This document shows, one piece after another, positions 10,228 through 20,155 of a stretch of 64,000 nucleotides of DNA. Source of the stretch: an uncultured Actinomycetes bacterium (GTDB lineage: Bacteria > Actinomycetota > UBA4738 > HRBIN12). Under the pieces are notes generated by a model. It saw only the letters and a program-made list of their open reading frames with translations. It did not search any database and was not told the DNA's origin. The stretch's first letter is position 1, and each line of letters begins with the position of its first letter. Location of the stretch: assembly GCA_963719165.1 (NCBI GenBank), contig CAVRAV010000001.1:1637215-1701214 (forward strand). The letters are read 5' to 3'. Both the position numbers and the translations under genes were made by a program.

Positions 10228-10369
10228 GGTCGCGCGACGTACGAAGATAGCCGCGAACGCGGGCCGGGGATCCACCGGATGCCCGGCAAGCAGGAGCGAA
10301 CGAAGCGAGGGGCCGGAGCTCCTCGCTTCGTTGCGTCACGGCCGGAGATCGTAGGAAGGGGACGGAGAC

Positions 10370-10879
10370 ATGAGACGAAGCACCATGGCGGCCGCGGGCG
10401 TGGTCGCGGCGATCGTCGCGATCGGAGTCTTGCCCACGGCGTTCGCGGCGCTGCATGCCCGGCAGGCCCCGCCGGCCAACTGCGTGCGCAACCAGCTCGG
10501 CGTCCGGTCCAACGGATCCCAGGGCGCCGCCGGCACGATCTACGGAGCCTTCGTGTTCACGAACCGCTCACACGCCGCCTGCAAGCTCAAGGGCTACCCA
10601 GGCATCCAGCTCTTCGGCAAGCAAGGGCGCCCCATCCACACCACCGTGCGACGCGACCTCCCGCCCGGACCCAAGAACGTGCGGCTCGCGCCCGGCGCGT
10701 CCGCCACCTTCCGCACGAGCTTCAGCGACGTGTCCTCCGGCGGCCCGTGCCCCACGTCGAGCGTCGCGCAGATCACGCCGCCGAACGCGGGGGCGTCCCT
10801 GTTCATCCCGGCCGTGATGTTCCCGTGTGAGGGCGTCGTGCACGTCTCGGCGGTGCGCCCCGGCGTGCACCACGCGTAG
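10370..10879 (+). CDS. Secreted DUF4232-domain protein
   Basis: Signal peptide followed by the DUF4232 pattern (FVFTNRSHAACKLKGYPGIQL...ATF). Confidence 0.7.
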   Translation: MRRSTMAAAGVVAAIVAIGVLPTAFAALHARQAPPANCVRNQLGVRSNGSQGAAGTIYGAFVFTNRSHAACKLKGYPGIQLFGKQGRPIHTTVRRDLPPGPKNVRLAPGASATFRTSFSDVSSGGPCPTSSVAQITPPNAGASLFIPAVMFPCEGVVHVSAVRPGVHHA

Positions 10880-10914
10880 GTAGCCAGGCGTATCCAGCCG
10901 TCGAGGACGTCGAA

Positions 10915-12216
10915 CTAGGGCGCCGGCGTGCCGGACCGATCCCGCGCGCTCGGCTCGAGTGAGCCGTCGCGCTCGGGGTCGCGCGCTCCCGGCATGAGCA
11001 TGAACACGACCGTGGCCGCCGCGCCCAGGACGCCCGCCACGATCAGCACGTCGTCGGCGCCGATGACGGCCGCGAGCGGCCCCACCACCAGGAACGAGAT
11101 GGGCGCGCCGAGGATCGAGATCATCCAGTCGAGGGAAGACACCCGCCCCAGGAGCTCGTTGGGGACGAGGCGCTGCATGGCCGTGAACCAGATCACCACC
11201 AGCACGGAGATGGCGCTCTCCGCGACGAACGACGCCGCCATCGCCTGGGGGATGTTCGCCACGACCCCGAACGCCGCGGTCATGCCCATGCCGACGGCCC
11301 ACGCCGCATACATCACCGTGATCGGCCTCCGCGGCAGCCCGCCGCGCTGGGCCATGTACAACGACGCGATGACGGATCCCACGCCGCCCGCCCCGAACAC
11401 GAGGGCCAGTTGGAGCTCGGTCCCCGACATCTGGTCGGTGACCACGAACGGCACGAGCGTCTCCCACGGGCCCCAGACGCAGAACAAGCTGACCGCACCG
11501 CAGAGCAGCCCCCATTTGATCCAGGGGGTGGAGCGGACGTAGGCGATCCCCTCCCGGATGTCTGCCCAGAGCTCGGTCTGCTCCTCATCGTTCTTGCGGT
11601 CCGCGCGCACTTCCATCATCCAGATGCAGGCGGCGGACACGACGAACGTGAGCCCGTCGAAGATGAACGCCCAGCCGGTGCCCGCGGCCGCCACCACGCT
11701 GGCGCCGATCAGCGGGCCGACCACGATCATCGCGAACGGCCTGACCGTCGAGCCGATGGAGTTCGCCTGCACCAGCTGGTCTTCGGGCACGATCATCGGG
11801 ACGATCGAGCTGAACGCGGGCCAGAAGATCGCCTGCCCCGCGCCGTAGACGAACACGAGGCCGATCAGCAGCGGGATGGTGATCACGTCCAGCAGGATCA
11901 CGATGCCGATCGCGGCGATCGCCACGAGGCGCAGGAGATCGCCGATGATCATGAGGTGCCGCCGATCCATCCGATCCGAGAGCGCACCCGTCGCCAGCAG
12001 GAAGAGGACCTGCGGCAACGTCCACGCGATGCCCACCGCCGAGAACACGGCCGGCGAGGCCTCCAGATCCTTGTAGACGAGCCAGGCCACCGCGAACACG
12101 TAGATCCCGTCGCCGATCATGGAGACGGTCTGCCCGATCCAGAGCAGGCGGAAGTCGCGGTGGCGCAGCGGTTGCAGCACCCCGACCCGTTCGAACAGCG
12201 GCGGACGCTCGCTCAT
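10915..12216 (-). CDS. MFS transporter
   Basis: ATG at 12216 (MSERPPLFERVGVLQPLRHRDFRLLWIGQTVSMIGDG); 12 TM helices; MFS signature. Confidence 0.8.
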   Translation of the reverse strand: MSERPPLFERVGVLQPLRHRDFRLLWIGQTVSMIGDGIYVFAVAWLVYKDLEASPAVFSAVGIAWTLPQVLFLLATGALSDRMDRRHLMIIGDLLRLVAIAAIGIVILLDVITIPLLIGLVFVYGAGQAIFWPAFSSIVPMIVPEDQLVQANSIGSTVRPFAMIVVGPLIGASVVAAAGTGWAFIFDGLTFVVSAACIWMMEVRADRKNDEEQTELWADIREGIAYVRSTPWIKWGLLCGAVSLFCVWGPWETLVPFVVTDQMSGTELQLALVFGAGGVGSVIASLYMAQRGGLPRRPITVMYAAWAVGMGMTAAFGVVANIPQAMAASFVAESAISVLVVIWFTAMQRLVPNELLGRVSSLDWMISILGAPISFLVVGPLAAVIGADDVLIVAGVLGAAATVVFMLMPGARDPERDGSLEPSARDRSGTPAP

Positions 12217-12380
12217 CCGGTCGGGCCCTCGCCGTTGTGCGCCTGAAAGGTCACGTTCTCCCCGATCGTCGTGCGACGCTCTTCGGCAGAGGGTATCCCG
12301 CCACACGATACCGACGGCCCCGCAGTGCTCGCCGCCGCGACCCGGGCTACCCTTCGCCGAGGCGGGGCCCAGGAGGGGAT

Positions 12381-12936
12381 GTGAAGCGACTGAAGATCGA
12401 CGAGGCGTTCGTGCTGCGATGGGCCGAGCGGTACGCGGAGGACATCTCCGACGCCGAGGGGGCGTTCGAGGAGCGGCTGTTCTCCACCGGGTCCGCGACC
12501 ATACGAGCGCGCGGGTACCTCACGCGCGGAGAGTTCATGACGATCGCGATCTGGAAGTCCCCGCGCGCTCGGTCACGGCTCGAGCGGAACGACGCGAGAA
12601 GCGTTCGCGCGGTGTCGTCGCTGGCGTTCGCCCCCGATGCCGTGGAACGGGCGTCGGTGCTGACGGGCCTCTCCGGCGTCGGCGAGCCGATCGCGTCGGC
12701 CATCCTCGCGGTCTGGGATCCCCTGCGCTTCACGGTGTTCGACTGGCGCGCGACCGAGACCTTGCGGGCCGCGGGTTACTTCCGATCGAGTGGAGGCGGC
12801 GTGAGCCTCGGGCTGTACCTCGCGGTGTGTCGCGAGCTCGCGGATCGGGCTCGATCTGCCCGACACGACCCTTCCCAAGCTGCGGCTCCTGGACCGGGCC
12901 CTGTGGGCGTACAGCGCCCGAGGATCCTCGCGGTAG
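12381..12936 (+). CDS. Hypothetical protein with an apparent +1 frameshift near 12860
   Basis: GTG at 12381 after aggagggg; reads in the 12237 frame to ...LAVCRELADR, then continues naturally in another frame (GLDLPDTTLPKLRLLDRALWAYSARGSSR*) to TAG at about 12936. Confidence 0.4.
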
Positions 12937-12946
12937 CATCGCCGGC

Positions 12947-14383
12947 GTGGACCGTCCCGATCCCGCCGAGCTCGACGCCGTCATCGACCTCGTCGCGCGC
13001 GAGGCCGCCGCGTACCTCCACGGCCTCGACGACCGTCCCGTGCGCGATCCTCGCGCGGAGGAGGTCGCCGCGAGCTTCGGGGGACCGCTGCCCGAGCAGG
13101 GCGTCGGGGCGGTCGGGGCGCTCGAGGAATTGCTCGGCGGGATCGACGGCGCGGTGCACTCCGCGGGGCCGAAGTTCTTCCATTTCGTGGACGGCGGGGC
13201 GACGCCCGCCGCGCTCGGTGCGGACTGGCTCACCTCCGCGCTCGATCAGAACCCGGGCGCCTGGGTCTCCTCGCCCCTCGGGGGGCGGCTCGAGCAGGTG
13301 TCGATCGGATGGCTCAAGGAGCTGTTCGGGTTGCCGGCCGCCTGGGGCGGCGTGCTTACGACCGGCGCCACCATGGCGAACTTCGTGGCCCTCGGATGCG
13401 CCCGACGGTGGTGCGCCGAGCGCGCGGGCGTCGACGTGGACGAGCTGGGGCTCGCCGCCGCGCCGCCGATCACCGTGCTCGGCGGCGGCTACACGCACCC
13501 CAGCGACGTGAAGGCGCTCGGGATGCTGGGCGTGGGCCGGGGTCGCGTGCGGCAACTGAGCCGCGATGCCGTGGGGCGCGTCGACCTCGACGCGATGCGG
13601 GCCGCGCTCGCCGAGCTGAACGGGCAACCCGCGATCGTCATCGGCAGCGCCGGCGAGGTGAACGCCGGCGACTTCGACCCGCTCGTGGAGATGGCCGAGC
13701 TCGCGTCACAGCACGGCGCCTGGTTCCACGTGGACGGGGCCTTCGGGCTGTTCGCCGCCCTCTCGCCGCGCACCGCGCACCTGGTGGAGGGGGTCGAACG
13801 CGCCGACTCGGTGATCGCCGACGGCCACAAGTGGTTGAACGTGCCCTACGAGAACGGGTTCGCGTTCGTGCGCGATCCGACCCTGTTGCCGGCCGTGTTC
13901 GGCTCGGGCGCCGCCTACCTCCCCGACATCGACGACCCGCAGCCCAACTGGGGCTACCTCGGACCCGAGATGTCGCGGCGGGCGCGCGCCTTCCCGGTCT
14001 GGGCGACCCTGCGGGCGTACGGTCGCGAGGGCCACCGCGCGATCGTGGAACACGACCTCGACCTCGCGCAGCGGCTCGCGGCCACCGTCGACGAGGCGCC
14101 GGACCTCGAGCGGCTCGCCGAGGTGCAGCTCAACATCGTCTGCTTCCGCTACCGCCCGCCGGGCTCGACCGACGGTCCGGCGCTCGACGACCTCAACCGG
14201 CGGATCGGCGAGGCCGCGCTCGTGGACGGTCGCGTCTTCTTCGGCTCGACCGACTACGGCGGCCGCGTGGCGTTCCGCCCGGCGCTCGTGAACTGGCGAA
14301 CCCGCGAGGAGGACGTGGACCTCGTGCCCCAGGTCGTCCGCGAGCTCGGCGCGAAGCTCGCCGCCGGCACGACCGTGACCTGA
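12947..14383 (+). CDS. PLP-dependent group II decarboxylase (aromatic amino acid/DABA decarboxylase family)
   Basis: GTG at 12947; motifs SAGPKFFHFVDGG, TTGATMANFVALGCARRW, VIADGHKWLNVPYENGF (PLP-Lys region). Confidence 0.8.
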   Translation: MDRPDPAELDAVIDLVAREAAAYLHGLDDRPVRDPRAEEVAASFGGPLPEQGVGAVGALEELLGGIDGAVHSAGPKFFHFVDGGATPAALGADWLTSALDQNPGAWVSSPLGGRLEQVSIGWLKELFGLPAAWGGVLTTGATMANFVALGCARRWCAERAGVDVDELGLAAAPPITVLGGGYTHPSDVKALGMLGVGRGRVRQLSRDAVGRVDLDAMRAALAELNGQPAIVIGSAGEVNAGDFDPLVEMAELASQHGAWFHVDGAFGLFAALSPRTAHLVEGVERADSVIADGHKWLNVPYENGFAFVRDPTLLPAVFGSGAAYLPDIDDPQPNWGYLGPEMSRRARAFPVWATLRAYGREGHRAIVEHDLDLAQRLAATVDEAPDLERLAEVQLNIVCFRYRPPGSTDGPALDDLNRRIGEAALVDGRVFFGSTDYGGRVAFRPALVNWRTREEDVDLVPQVVRELGAKLAAGTTVT

Positions 14384-14403
14384 ACGGCCGACCGAACGGA
14401 GCC

Positions 14404-16599
14404 TCAGACGCGCGAGAGGCCGAGTCCGTCGATCACCACCGGCTGGCCCGCCGAATGAACGCGGATCGCGACCGCGCCCGCATGCAGCGCGCTCCACGAC
14501 ACCACCCTCACGAGCCGGCGCCCGATCACATCCGCCCGTGTGGAGACCCTACGCAGCAGCACGCCGTTCCACAGAACGTCCACGGTCCCGCCACCAGGAC
14601 GTTCCTGGACGAGCAGTGAGATCGCCCGCGCCTTGACGGCCCGCAGACGCAGCGTGGCCCCGCGGCGTCTCGATCGGGTCGCCGTACCCTGGTAGAGACG
14701 TCCGGCGGACGACTCCGTCCACGCCCCCCTGGATCCTCGGAGCGACCGGTCGTCAACCGGCGCTGCCGCGCATGCCCGCGCGCTGTTCGAGGCCCCGCTC
14801 GCGTTGAAGGCATCGATCAAGAAGCAGGTGGTGTCACCCGGAGCGAACGGCGATCCGATGGCCGTGCCGGTGATCGTGGTGCGGTGCCAACGGTGTGGGA
14901 ACCCCTTGGTGAACGGCGCCGAACGCCACCGCACCCCGTATCCGGTGGCTCCCTCGGAGGGCGACCACGTGACATCGTAGGGACCGAGCCGGAAGCTCGC
15001 CGCGGACGAAGTGACGATCGGCTTCTGCGGTTCGGCGATCTGTGTCGGGCCTACCGTGAAGTCGGACGAGGTGCACCAACCCTGGGCCGGAGTGATGACG
15101 CAGATCGGACCCGTCGCGGCGCCCTGAGGCACCGTCGCATCGATGTGGGAGTCCGACACGTCCTGGAACGAGGCGGGCACGCCGCCGAACTTTACCGAGG
15201 TCGCCCCGGTCAGCCCGCTCCCCGTGATGCTGACCGGGGAGTCGACGGGAGCCTGGACCGGGGTGAAGGATGAGATCTCCGGGTAGACGGACGTGCACGT
15301 GGATGCGGCGCCAGTGTCCTGCCCGACACCACCCCAACCGCCGTACGAGAGGTGCTGATTCGTGGCGCCATCCCACCACATCCACTGCTGCGCGCTGCAA
15401 TGTCGCAGGCGATAGACGTTGTCCGTCCAGCGGTTCCCGGCGCTCGTGCCCACCCCGTGATTCACCACGCCGTTCGATGCGGTCGCTTTGTTTACCACGT
15501 CGATCGCGTTGCGAACGGCGAGGTTGTCCCGATTCGGATAGTTGGCCCCTTGGTCGCACCTCGGAGCGGGGGCGGGGACGGGGTCATGCCTGTTTCCGAA
15601 CATACGGATACCCCAATTGGGCGAGGTCGCGGAGGGTACCGTGACGACGTTGTCCCGAACCGTGACCCCGTTCGAGTCGTACAGATCGATGGCGGCCACG
15701 AGACCTCCGTCCACGGCGTTGTCGTGGATGTCGCCGCCGGTCGGACCGCCGCAGCTCACCTCCACGCGGATCCCTTCCTGTGGGAGCGCGGCGTTCACCG
15801 CGTTCGCCGTCTGCTCGATCGTGTTGTTCGAGACGTCGAATCCGCGCGTGTCGATGTCGAGCCAGAGCTGCGCTCCCCCCGCATTGCCTCGGAACGTGGT
15901 GCCCCGGACGATGAGGTCGGTGTCGGTGTTGAACTTCGCCCCTCCGGCGAACCCCGGCGACCACCCGGTCGTGGTCGGGTTGTCGTAGACGAACGAATCC
16001 TCGACCGTCAGCGCATCGACTCGGACGGCGCGCAGCCCGAAGTCACCGGTGGGATTCGACACGGCATCGTAGGGGGTCGAGCCGTTGCGCTCGATCGTGG
16101 AGCCCGACACCGTGATGTCCTCGGCGGTGTTGATCGCGATCCCCACCTGCCCCGCCCCGGTGGCCGTGATGCGGTTGAGGGTCCAGCCGCTCACGACGCC
16201 GCCGCCCGCGGCGCCGCTCCCGATCTGCACGTCGGCCTTTCGGGCTCCGTCGAGCACGAGGTCCTGCAAGGTGACGTCGTTTCGGCCGTCCGAGCCCTTG
16301 AAGCAGTAGACGGCCGCCGCGCACTCGATCACGGTCGGTTCCGACCCCACGCCGATCACGGTGATCCCCGATGGGGGGACGAGGGGAGCCCCGATCGCGT
16401 AGATGCCCCCCTCGAGGCAGGCAACGCCTCCGTCGGTGCCCGCCTCAGCGCCAACTGCGGCAAAGAACATCCCGAGGTCGGCGCCGGCGGACGCGGTCTC
16501 CGTGCACGCCGGCCCGGCATCGGCCGGTCCTGCCCCGCCGATCAACAGGGCCATGCTGAGGCAGGACAGGGCGAAGGAAGCGGCCAACCTCATCTTCAT
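14404..16599 (-). CDS. Large secreted protein: right-handed beta-helix (pectate-lyase-like) + IPT/TIG + fibronectin-III-like domains
   Basis: Signal peptide MKMRLAASFALSCLSMALLIGGAGPADA; beta-helix repeats (NNTIEQ, IHDNAVDGG, VRDNVVTV); IPT-like PVSITGSGLTGATSVKFGGVPASF. Confidence 0.75.
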   Translation of the reverse strand: MKMRLAASFALSCLSMALLIGGAGPADAGPACTETASAGADLGMFFAAVGAEAGTDGGVACLEGGIYAIGAPLVPPSGITVIGVGSEPTVIECAAAVYCFKGSDGRNDVTLQDLVLDGARKADVQIGSGAAGGGVVSGWTLNRITATGAGQVGIAINTAEDITVSGSTIERNGSTPYDAVSNPTGDFGLRAVRVDALTVEDSFVYDNPTTTGWSPGFAGGAKFNTDTDLIVRGTTFRGNAGGAQLWLDIDTRGFDVSNNTIEQTANAVNAALPQEGIRVEVSCGGPTGGDIHDNAVDGGLVAAIDLYDSNGVTVRDNVVTVPSATSPNWGIRMFGNRHDPVPAPAPRCDQGANYPNRDNLAVRNAIDVVNKATASNGVVNHGVGTSAGNRWTDNVYRLRHCSAQQWMWWDGATNQHLSYGGWGGVGQDTGAASTCTSVYPEISSFTPVQAPVDSPVSITGSGLTGATSVKFGGVPASFQDVSDSHIDATVPQGAATGPICVITPAQGWCTSSDFTVGPTQIAEPQKPIVTSSAASFRLGPYDVTWSPSEGATGYGVRWRSAPFTKGFPHRWHRTTITGTAIGSPFAPGDTTCFLIDAFNASGASNSARACAAAPVDDRSLRGSRGAWTESSAGRLYQGTATRSRRRGATLRLRAVKARAISLLVQERPGGGTVDVLWNGVLLRRVSTRADVIGRRLVRVVSWSALHAGAVAIRVHSAGQPVVIDGLGLSRV

Positions 16600-16656
16600 G
16601 CTGCCTCCCGGCGTCGCGCGTCGACCCGAGTGTGCCTTGGGATGCGCCCTCTTGCA

Positions 16657-17241
16657 ATGGCCATCCGGCTACAGTTGGCGATCGTGGAGACCTGGGTCGT
16701 GCTCCTGCGCGGGATCAACGTGGGCGGCAAGAACGTGATCCCCATGGCGTCGCTGCGCGACGAGTTCGCCGCGATGGGCTTCCGCGACCCACAGACCCAC
16801 ATCCAGAGCGGGAACGTGCTCGTGGAGAGCCCGAGGAAGCGGAGCAAGGCGGCCGTGGCGCGCATCGAGCGCCACCTGTCCGAGGCGTTCGGGTACGGGG
16901 CGCGCGTGGTCGTGCGCGACACCCCCGAGATGGCGGCGATCGTGGCGGCGATGCCTGCCGACTGGGACCCCGACGATCGCACGGTTCGCCACAACGTGAT
17001 CTTCCTCACCGACGGCGTCGCCCCCGACGACCTGATCGGCGGGCTCGAGGTCGATCCCGCCATCGAGTCGATCGCGGCGAGCCCCCACGCCGTCTATTGG
17101 TCCGCGCCGATGAGCACCCTCACGCGCACCGCCATGGTGAAGCTGAGCGCGCACCCCCGCTACCCCGAGGTGACGATCCGCAACGCCCGCGTGACCCTCA
17201 AGCTCTTCGACCTGATGCAGGCTCGAGACGAACGGGGTTGA
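16657..17241 (+). CDS. DUF1697-family protein
   Basis: ATG at 16657 in the frame of track ORF 15352..17241; VVLLRGINVGGKNVIPMASLR is the DUF1697 N-terminal signature. Confidence 0.75.
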   Translation: MAIRLQLAIVETWVVLLRGINVGGKNVIPMASLRDEFAAMGFRDPQTHIQSGNVLVESPRKRSKAAVARIERHLSEAFGYGARVVVRDTPEMAAIVAAMPADWDPDDRTVRHNVIFLTDGVAPDDLIGGLEVDPAIESIAASPHAVYWSAPMSTLTRTAMVKLSAHPRYPEVTIRNARVTLKLFDLMQARDERG

Positions 17242-17358
17242 CGGTTCCAAACCGTCGGTTCCTGGAGCCCTGTTGGGGCTCATTTAGCGATCCCCTTACC
17301 TCGCCGCCTGTGAGATGGACCCGCGACGCGACCCGCCGTCGCACCCTCGACACGGGAG

Positions 17359-17880
17359 GTGGCGCGCATGGTTCGCACCGAGCAGGTCACGAAGGCGGGA
17401 CCGGACGTCGCCAGGATCCCGGACGCCGGGCCGAAACGGCCCCGATCCATGCCCTGGCTCGTAGGCGCGTTGGTGATCATGACCCTGGGGTTCCTCGCGC
17501 TCGCAGGGCTGACCTTCTACCAGCACCACGCCCGAACCGACGCCGAGCGCCTCGCCGCCGAGGTCGCGACGGCCTGGGGCTCGGCGGCACCCGCCGGCCT
17601 CGGTGGCGTCTACGATCGCCACGCCGTGCTGATCGACGCGCAAGGGACCAGATCGACCGGGATCAAGTCCATCGTGGCCGCCGCCAAGGACCGCGGACCG
17701 AACTTCACGATGACGCAGTTGGGCGACGTCGCGTCGACGCCCGACGGCGCCTTCGCGACCTTCGCCTACCGCTTCGCCGGAGACGGGCGGGGATCGGGCA
17801 TGGCGGTCATGAAGATCGACGCCGGCAAGGTCGTGCGCCAGTGGAACTTCGAGTCGACCATCGCGCGCCCCTCGAAGTAG
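17359..17880 (+). CDS. Membrane-anchored hypothetical protein (SnoaL/NTF2-like C-terminal region)
   Basis: TM helix LVGALVIMTLGFLALAGLTF followed by a soluble domain. Confidence 0.55.
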   Translation: MARMVRTEQVTKAGPDVARIPDAGPKRPRSMPWLVGALVIMTLGFLALAGLTFYQHHARTDAERLAAEVATAWGSAAPAGLGGVYDRHAVLIDAQGTRSTGIKSIVAAAKDRGPNFTMTQLGDVASTPDGAFATFAYRFAGDGRGSGMAVMKIDAGKVVRQWNFESTIARPSK

Positions 17881-17889
17881 GGCGGTCGA

Positions 17890-18876
17890 TCACGTGTGCG
17901 ACGTGATCACGCCGTTGGCGAACCTGCCCGTGGCCCCCGGCGCCGTCCAGCTCGCAGCCACGTAGCGCCGGCTGCCGTTGGGCATGGAGCAGGTGGCGTC
18001 GAAGCTCGCCGCTTGCACCTGCGTCACCGTGCCGGTGCACAGCGTCCCGCTCGGCAGATACTCCATCTGGAACGCGGTCGAGTCGAGGCTCGACGAGCTG
18101 ACGAGCAGGTCGGCGCGAACGAGGACCCGCTGCGGCCCGGTGCCGTTACCCGCCATCGACACGATCCCGCGCGTCACCCCCACGTCGGTGAGGATCTGCC
18201 CACTCAGCGAATCGCTGAAGGTCGCGGCGTTCCACGTGTGAGGCCGGAAGCGCAGCGGCCCCATACCGAGTGAGGCAACGAGCGCGACGCCCATCACCGA
18301 GGCCAACGCCGGCGCCGTGCGAAGGGGCCATCGCCCGGGCGCCGCACGCCGGAGCACGCGCCAGACCGTCAAGCCGCAGACGGTACCCACGGCGACCGCG
18401 AAGATCGCGATCATCCACGGCGTGCTGCGGTCCGTGCCCGAGCCGATGCCGTGCAGGGTGGCGGCGCCCCACACCGCGAAGTTGACGTAGTGCGCGCGTC
18501 GCCAGAACCGGTAGCTCAGCTTCGCGTTGCGGTAGTGATTCGTCACGGCGAGCGCGAGCAGGAGCTCGGCGGCCACGATCCCGAGGCCGGTCCAGATCGG
18601 CCGATACGAGGCCAAGAGCGGCACGACGAGCGATGCGAGCGAGAACGGCAGATACGAGTCGATGGCGATCGCCACGATGTGCAGCACCACGAACGTCCCC
18701 GTGAGCAAGCCAGTGAACCGGTGCACGTCTTCCAGCGCGAACCGCGGCCAGTGCTTCATCCGCTTCTTGCCGGTCATCCCGAGCCCGAGCGCGACGTTCA
18801 GCGACAGCAGGACGTAGGCCACGATGCCGCCGGCGCGCGCCGCATACCAGTCGATGGGGCTCGACGTCAGATGCAC
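17890..18876 (-). CDS. Ferric-reductase-like transmembrane component (MsrQ/YedZ-like) with a C-terminal extracytoplasmic domain
   Basis: GTG at 18876 with GGGAGG 7 nt upstream; HIDWYAARAGGIVAYVLLSLNVALG... and conserved His in the TM helices; overlaps the ApbE stop by 10 nt. Confidence 0.65.
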   Translation of the reverse strand: MHLTSSPIDWYAARAGGIVAYVLLSLNVALGLGMTGKKRMKHWPRFALEDVHRFTGLLTGTFVVLHIVAIAIDSYLPFSLASLVVPLLASYRPIWTGLGIVAAELLLALAVTNHYRNAKLSYRFWRRAHYVNFAVWGAATLHGIGSGTDRSTPWMIAIFAVAVGTVCGLTVWRVLRRAAPGRWPLRTAPALASVMGVALVASLGMGPLRFRPHTWNAATFSDSLSGQILTDVGVTRGIVSMAGNGTGPQRVLVRADLLVSSSSLDSTAFQMEYLPSGTLCTGTVTQVQAASFDATCSMPNGSRRYVAASWTAPGATGRFANGVITSHT

Positions 18877-19721
18877 GCGAGGGCCTCCCGCAGGCCGCGG
18901 TCCCAGCTTCCGTTCGCACGGATCTCGCCGTCGAGCCCCACGAAGCGCGCGGGGATCCCGCGCTCCTCGAGCCAGGCGGGGCCGTCGCCGCCCGCGAGGA
19001 ATCCGGCCTTGGCCGCGACGTCGGCCGCCAGGCACGTCGCCCCGCACGCGGTCACCGACGACCAGGGCGACGTCGACGGGCGGCGGGTCCGAGGATCGAT
19101 CAGGTGGTGCTGGAGCACGTCCCCGCGCAGCCACCGCCGCTTGGCGGTCCCGCTCGTGGCGAGCGCCCCGCGTTGCAGCGTGACCGATCCCTCGTTCGGC
19201 AACGCGACCGTGAGGGCACCTCGGGCCGCCACGTCGCCGCCCGCGGAGACGAACCCGTCGCCCGAGAGCAGCTTCATGGCGTCGTCGACCGCGAGCGCCT
19301 TCACGACCCCGTTGAGGTCGAGCTGCACGCCGGGAGGCACTCCCACCACGCGGCCGAGCGAGATCACGCCGGCCGGCTGCACGCCCGTCACCGGATCCGC
19401 GGGTCGAGCGTCCGGCGCGAGCGAGGCCGAGTCGCGGTCATACCCGGCCGCGACGAGCTCCGCGCCCAGGGTCGGGACGACGAGCCCGCCGGTCTCCTCG
19501 GCGACGCGCAACGCGGTGCGGAGCGTCTCGGCGAACAGCGGGGACGCCAGCACGAGCCGCCCGGCCGCGGCGTTGATGCGGTTCAACTCGCTCCGCGCGA
19601 TGAACCTGCTGAAGACCAGGTCGCGCTCGTGGAAGAGCCGCTCGACGGCCTCGAGCGCAGCCGCGGCGGCGCCACCCACCACGATCTCGCAGCCCATCGC
19701 CTCGAACGTGTGCTCGCTCAT
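18867..19721 (-). CDS. apbE: FAD:protein FMN transferase ApbE
   Basis: ATG at 19721 (MSEHTFEAMGCEIVV is a typical ApbE N-terminus); 285 codons; ATGA overlap with the upstream small ORF. Confidence 0.8.
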   Translation of the reverse strand: MSEHTFEAMGCEIVVGGAAAAALEAVERLFHERDLVFSRFIARSELNRINAAAGRLVLASPLFAETLRTALRVAEETGGLVVPTLGAELVAAGYDRDSASLAPDARPADPVTGVQPAGVISLGRVVGVPPGVQLDLNGVVKALAVDDAMKLLSGDGFVSAGGDVAARGALTVALPNEGSVTLQRGALATSGTAKRRWLRGDVLQHHLIDPRTRRPSTSPWSSVTACGATCLAADVAAKAGFLAGGDGPAWLEERGIPARFVGLDGEIRANGSWDRGLREALACI

Positions 19722-20059
19722 GACACCGACGTGGCCGCCCCGGGCGGCGCCTGAGCCGGGCCGACCACGCCGCCCTGCAGGAGGTCTCGCTTGACCACCT
19801 CGACGAACCTCGTCGGCGCCTCGAGGGCGGTGGCCGATCCTTTCGGGTGGCCCGCGTAGGAACGCTGCGAGAACACCATCGCGATGCCGAACGCCACCGC
19901 ACCGAGCGAGGCGACACCCGCCTTGGCGCCGAAGGCGCGCCGGCGAGCCGATCGCAGTTCCGCGGCTCGAGCGCCCGATGCTGCGCGCCCACCCGATGCT
20001 GTGCGCCGGCCAGATCCGCGAGATCCCGTCCTGCCGTCCATGCCAGGTTCGCTCCTCAT
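19718..20059 (-). CDS. Small membrane-anchored protein translationally coupled to ApbE (possible degenerate FMN-binding domain, GSAT motif)
   Basis: TM segment VASLGAVAFGIAMVF; stop overlaps the apbE ATG (TCATGA); the N-terminal start is uncertain. Confidence 0.4.
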   Translation of the reverse strand: MRSEPGMDGRTGSRGSGRRTASGGRAASGARAAELRSARRRAFGAKAGVASLGAVAFGIAMVFSQRSYAGHPKGSATALEAPTRFVEVVKRDLLQGGVVGPAQAPPGAATSVS

Positions 20060-20155
20060 GTCCGCCTTTCGTCACGATTGTCCCGGGGCCAGCTGAGAGC
20101 GAGCTGTGGATCCTGCGGAGAAGTGGTGGCGAAGCGCAGTTGCTAGGTTCGGTCC

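Noticed and set aside
8718-10275. 452-aa and 393-aa minus-strand ORFs
   Set aside because: Shadow frames opposite the VOC, secreted-protein and DUF4232 genes.
12237-13511. 424-aa ORF
   Set aside because: Real only from 12381 to ~12860. Downstream it is out-of-frame junk overlapping the decarboxylase.
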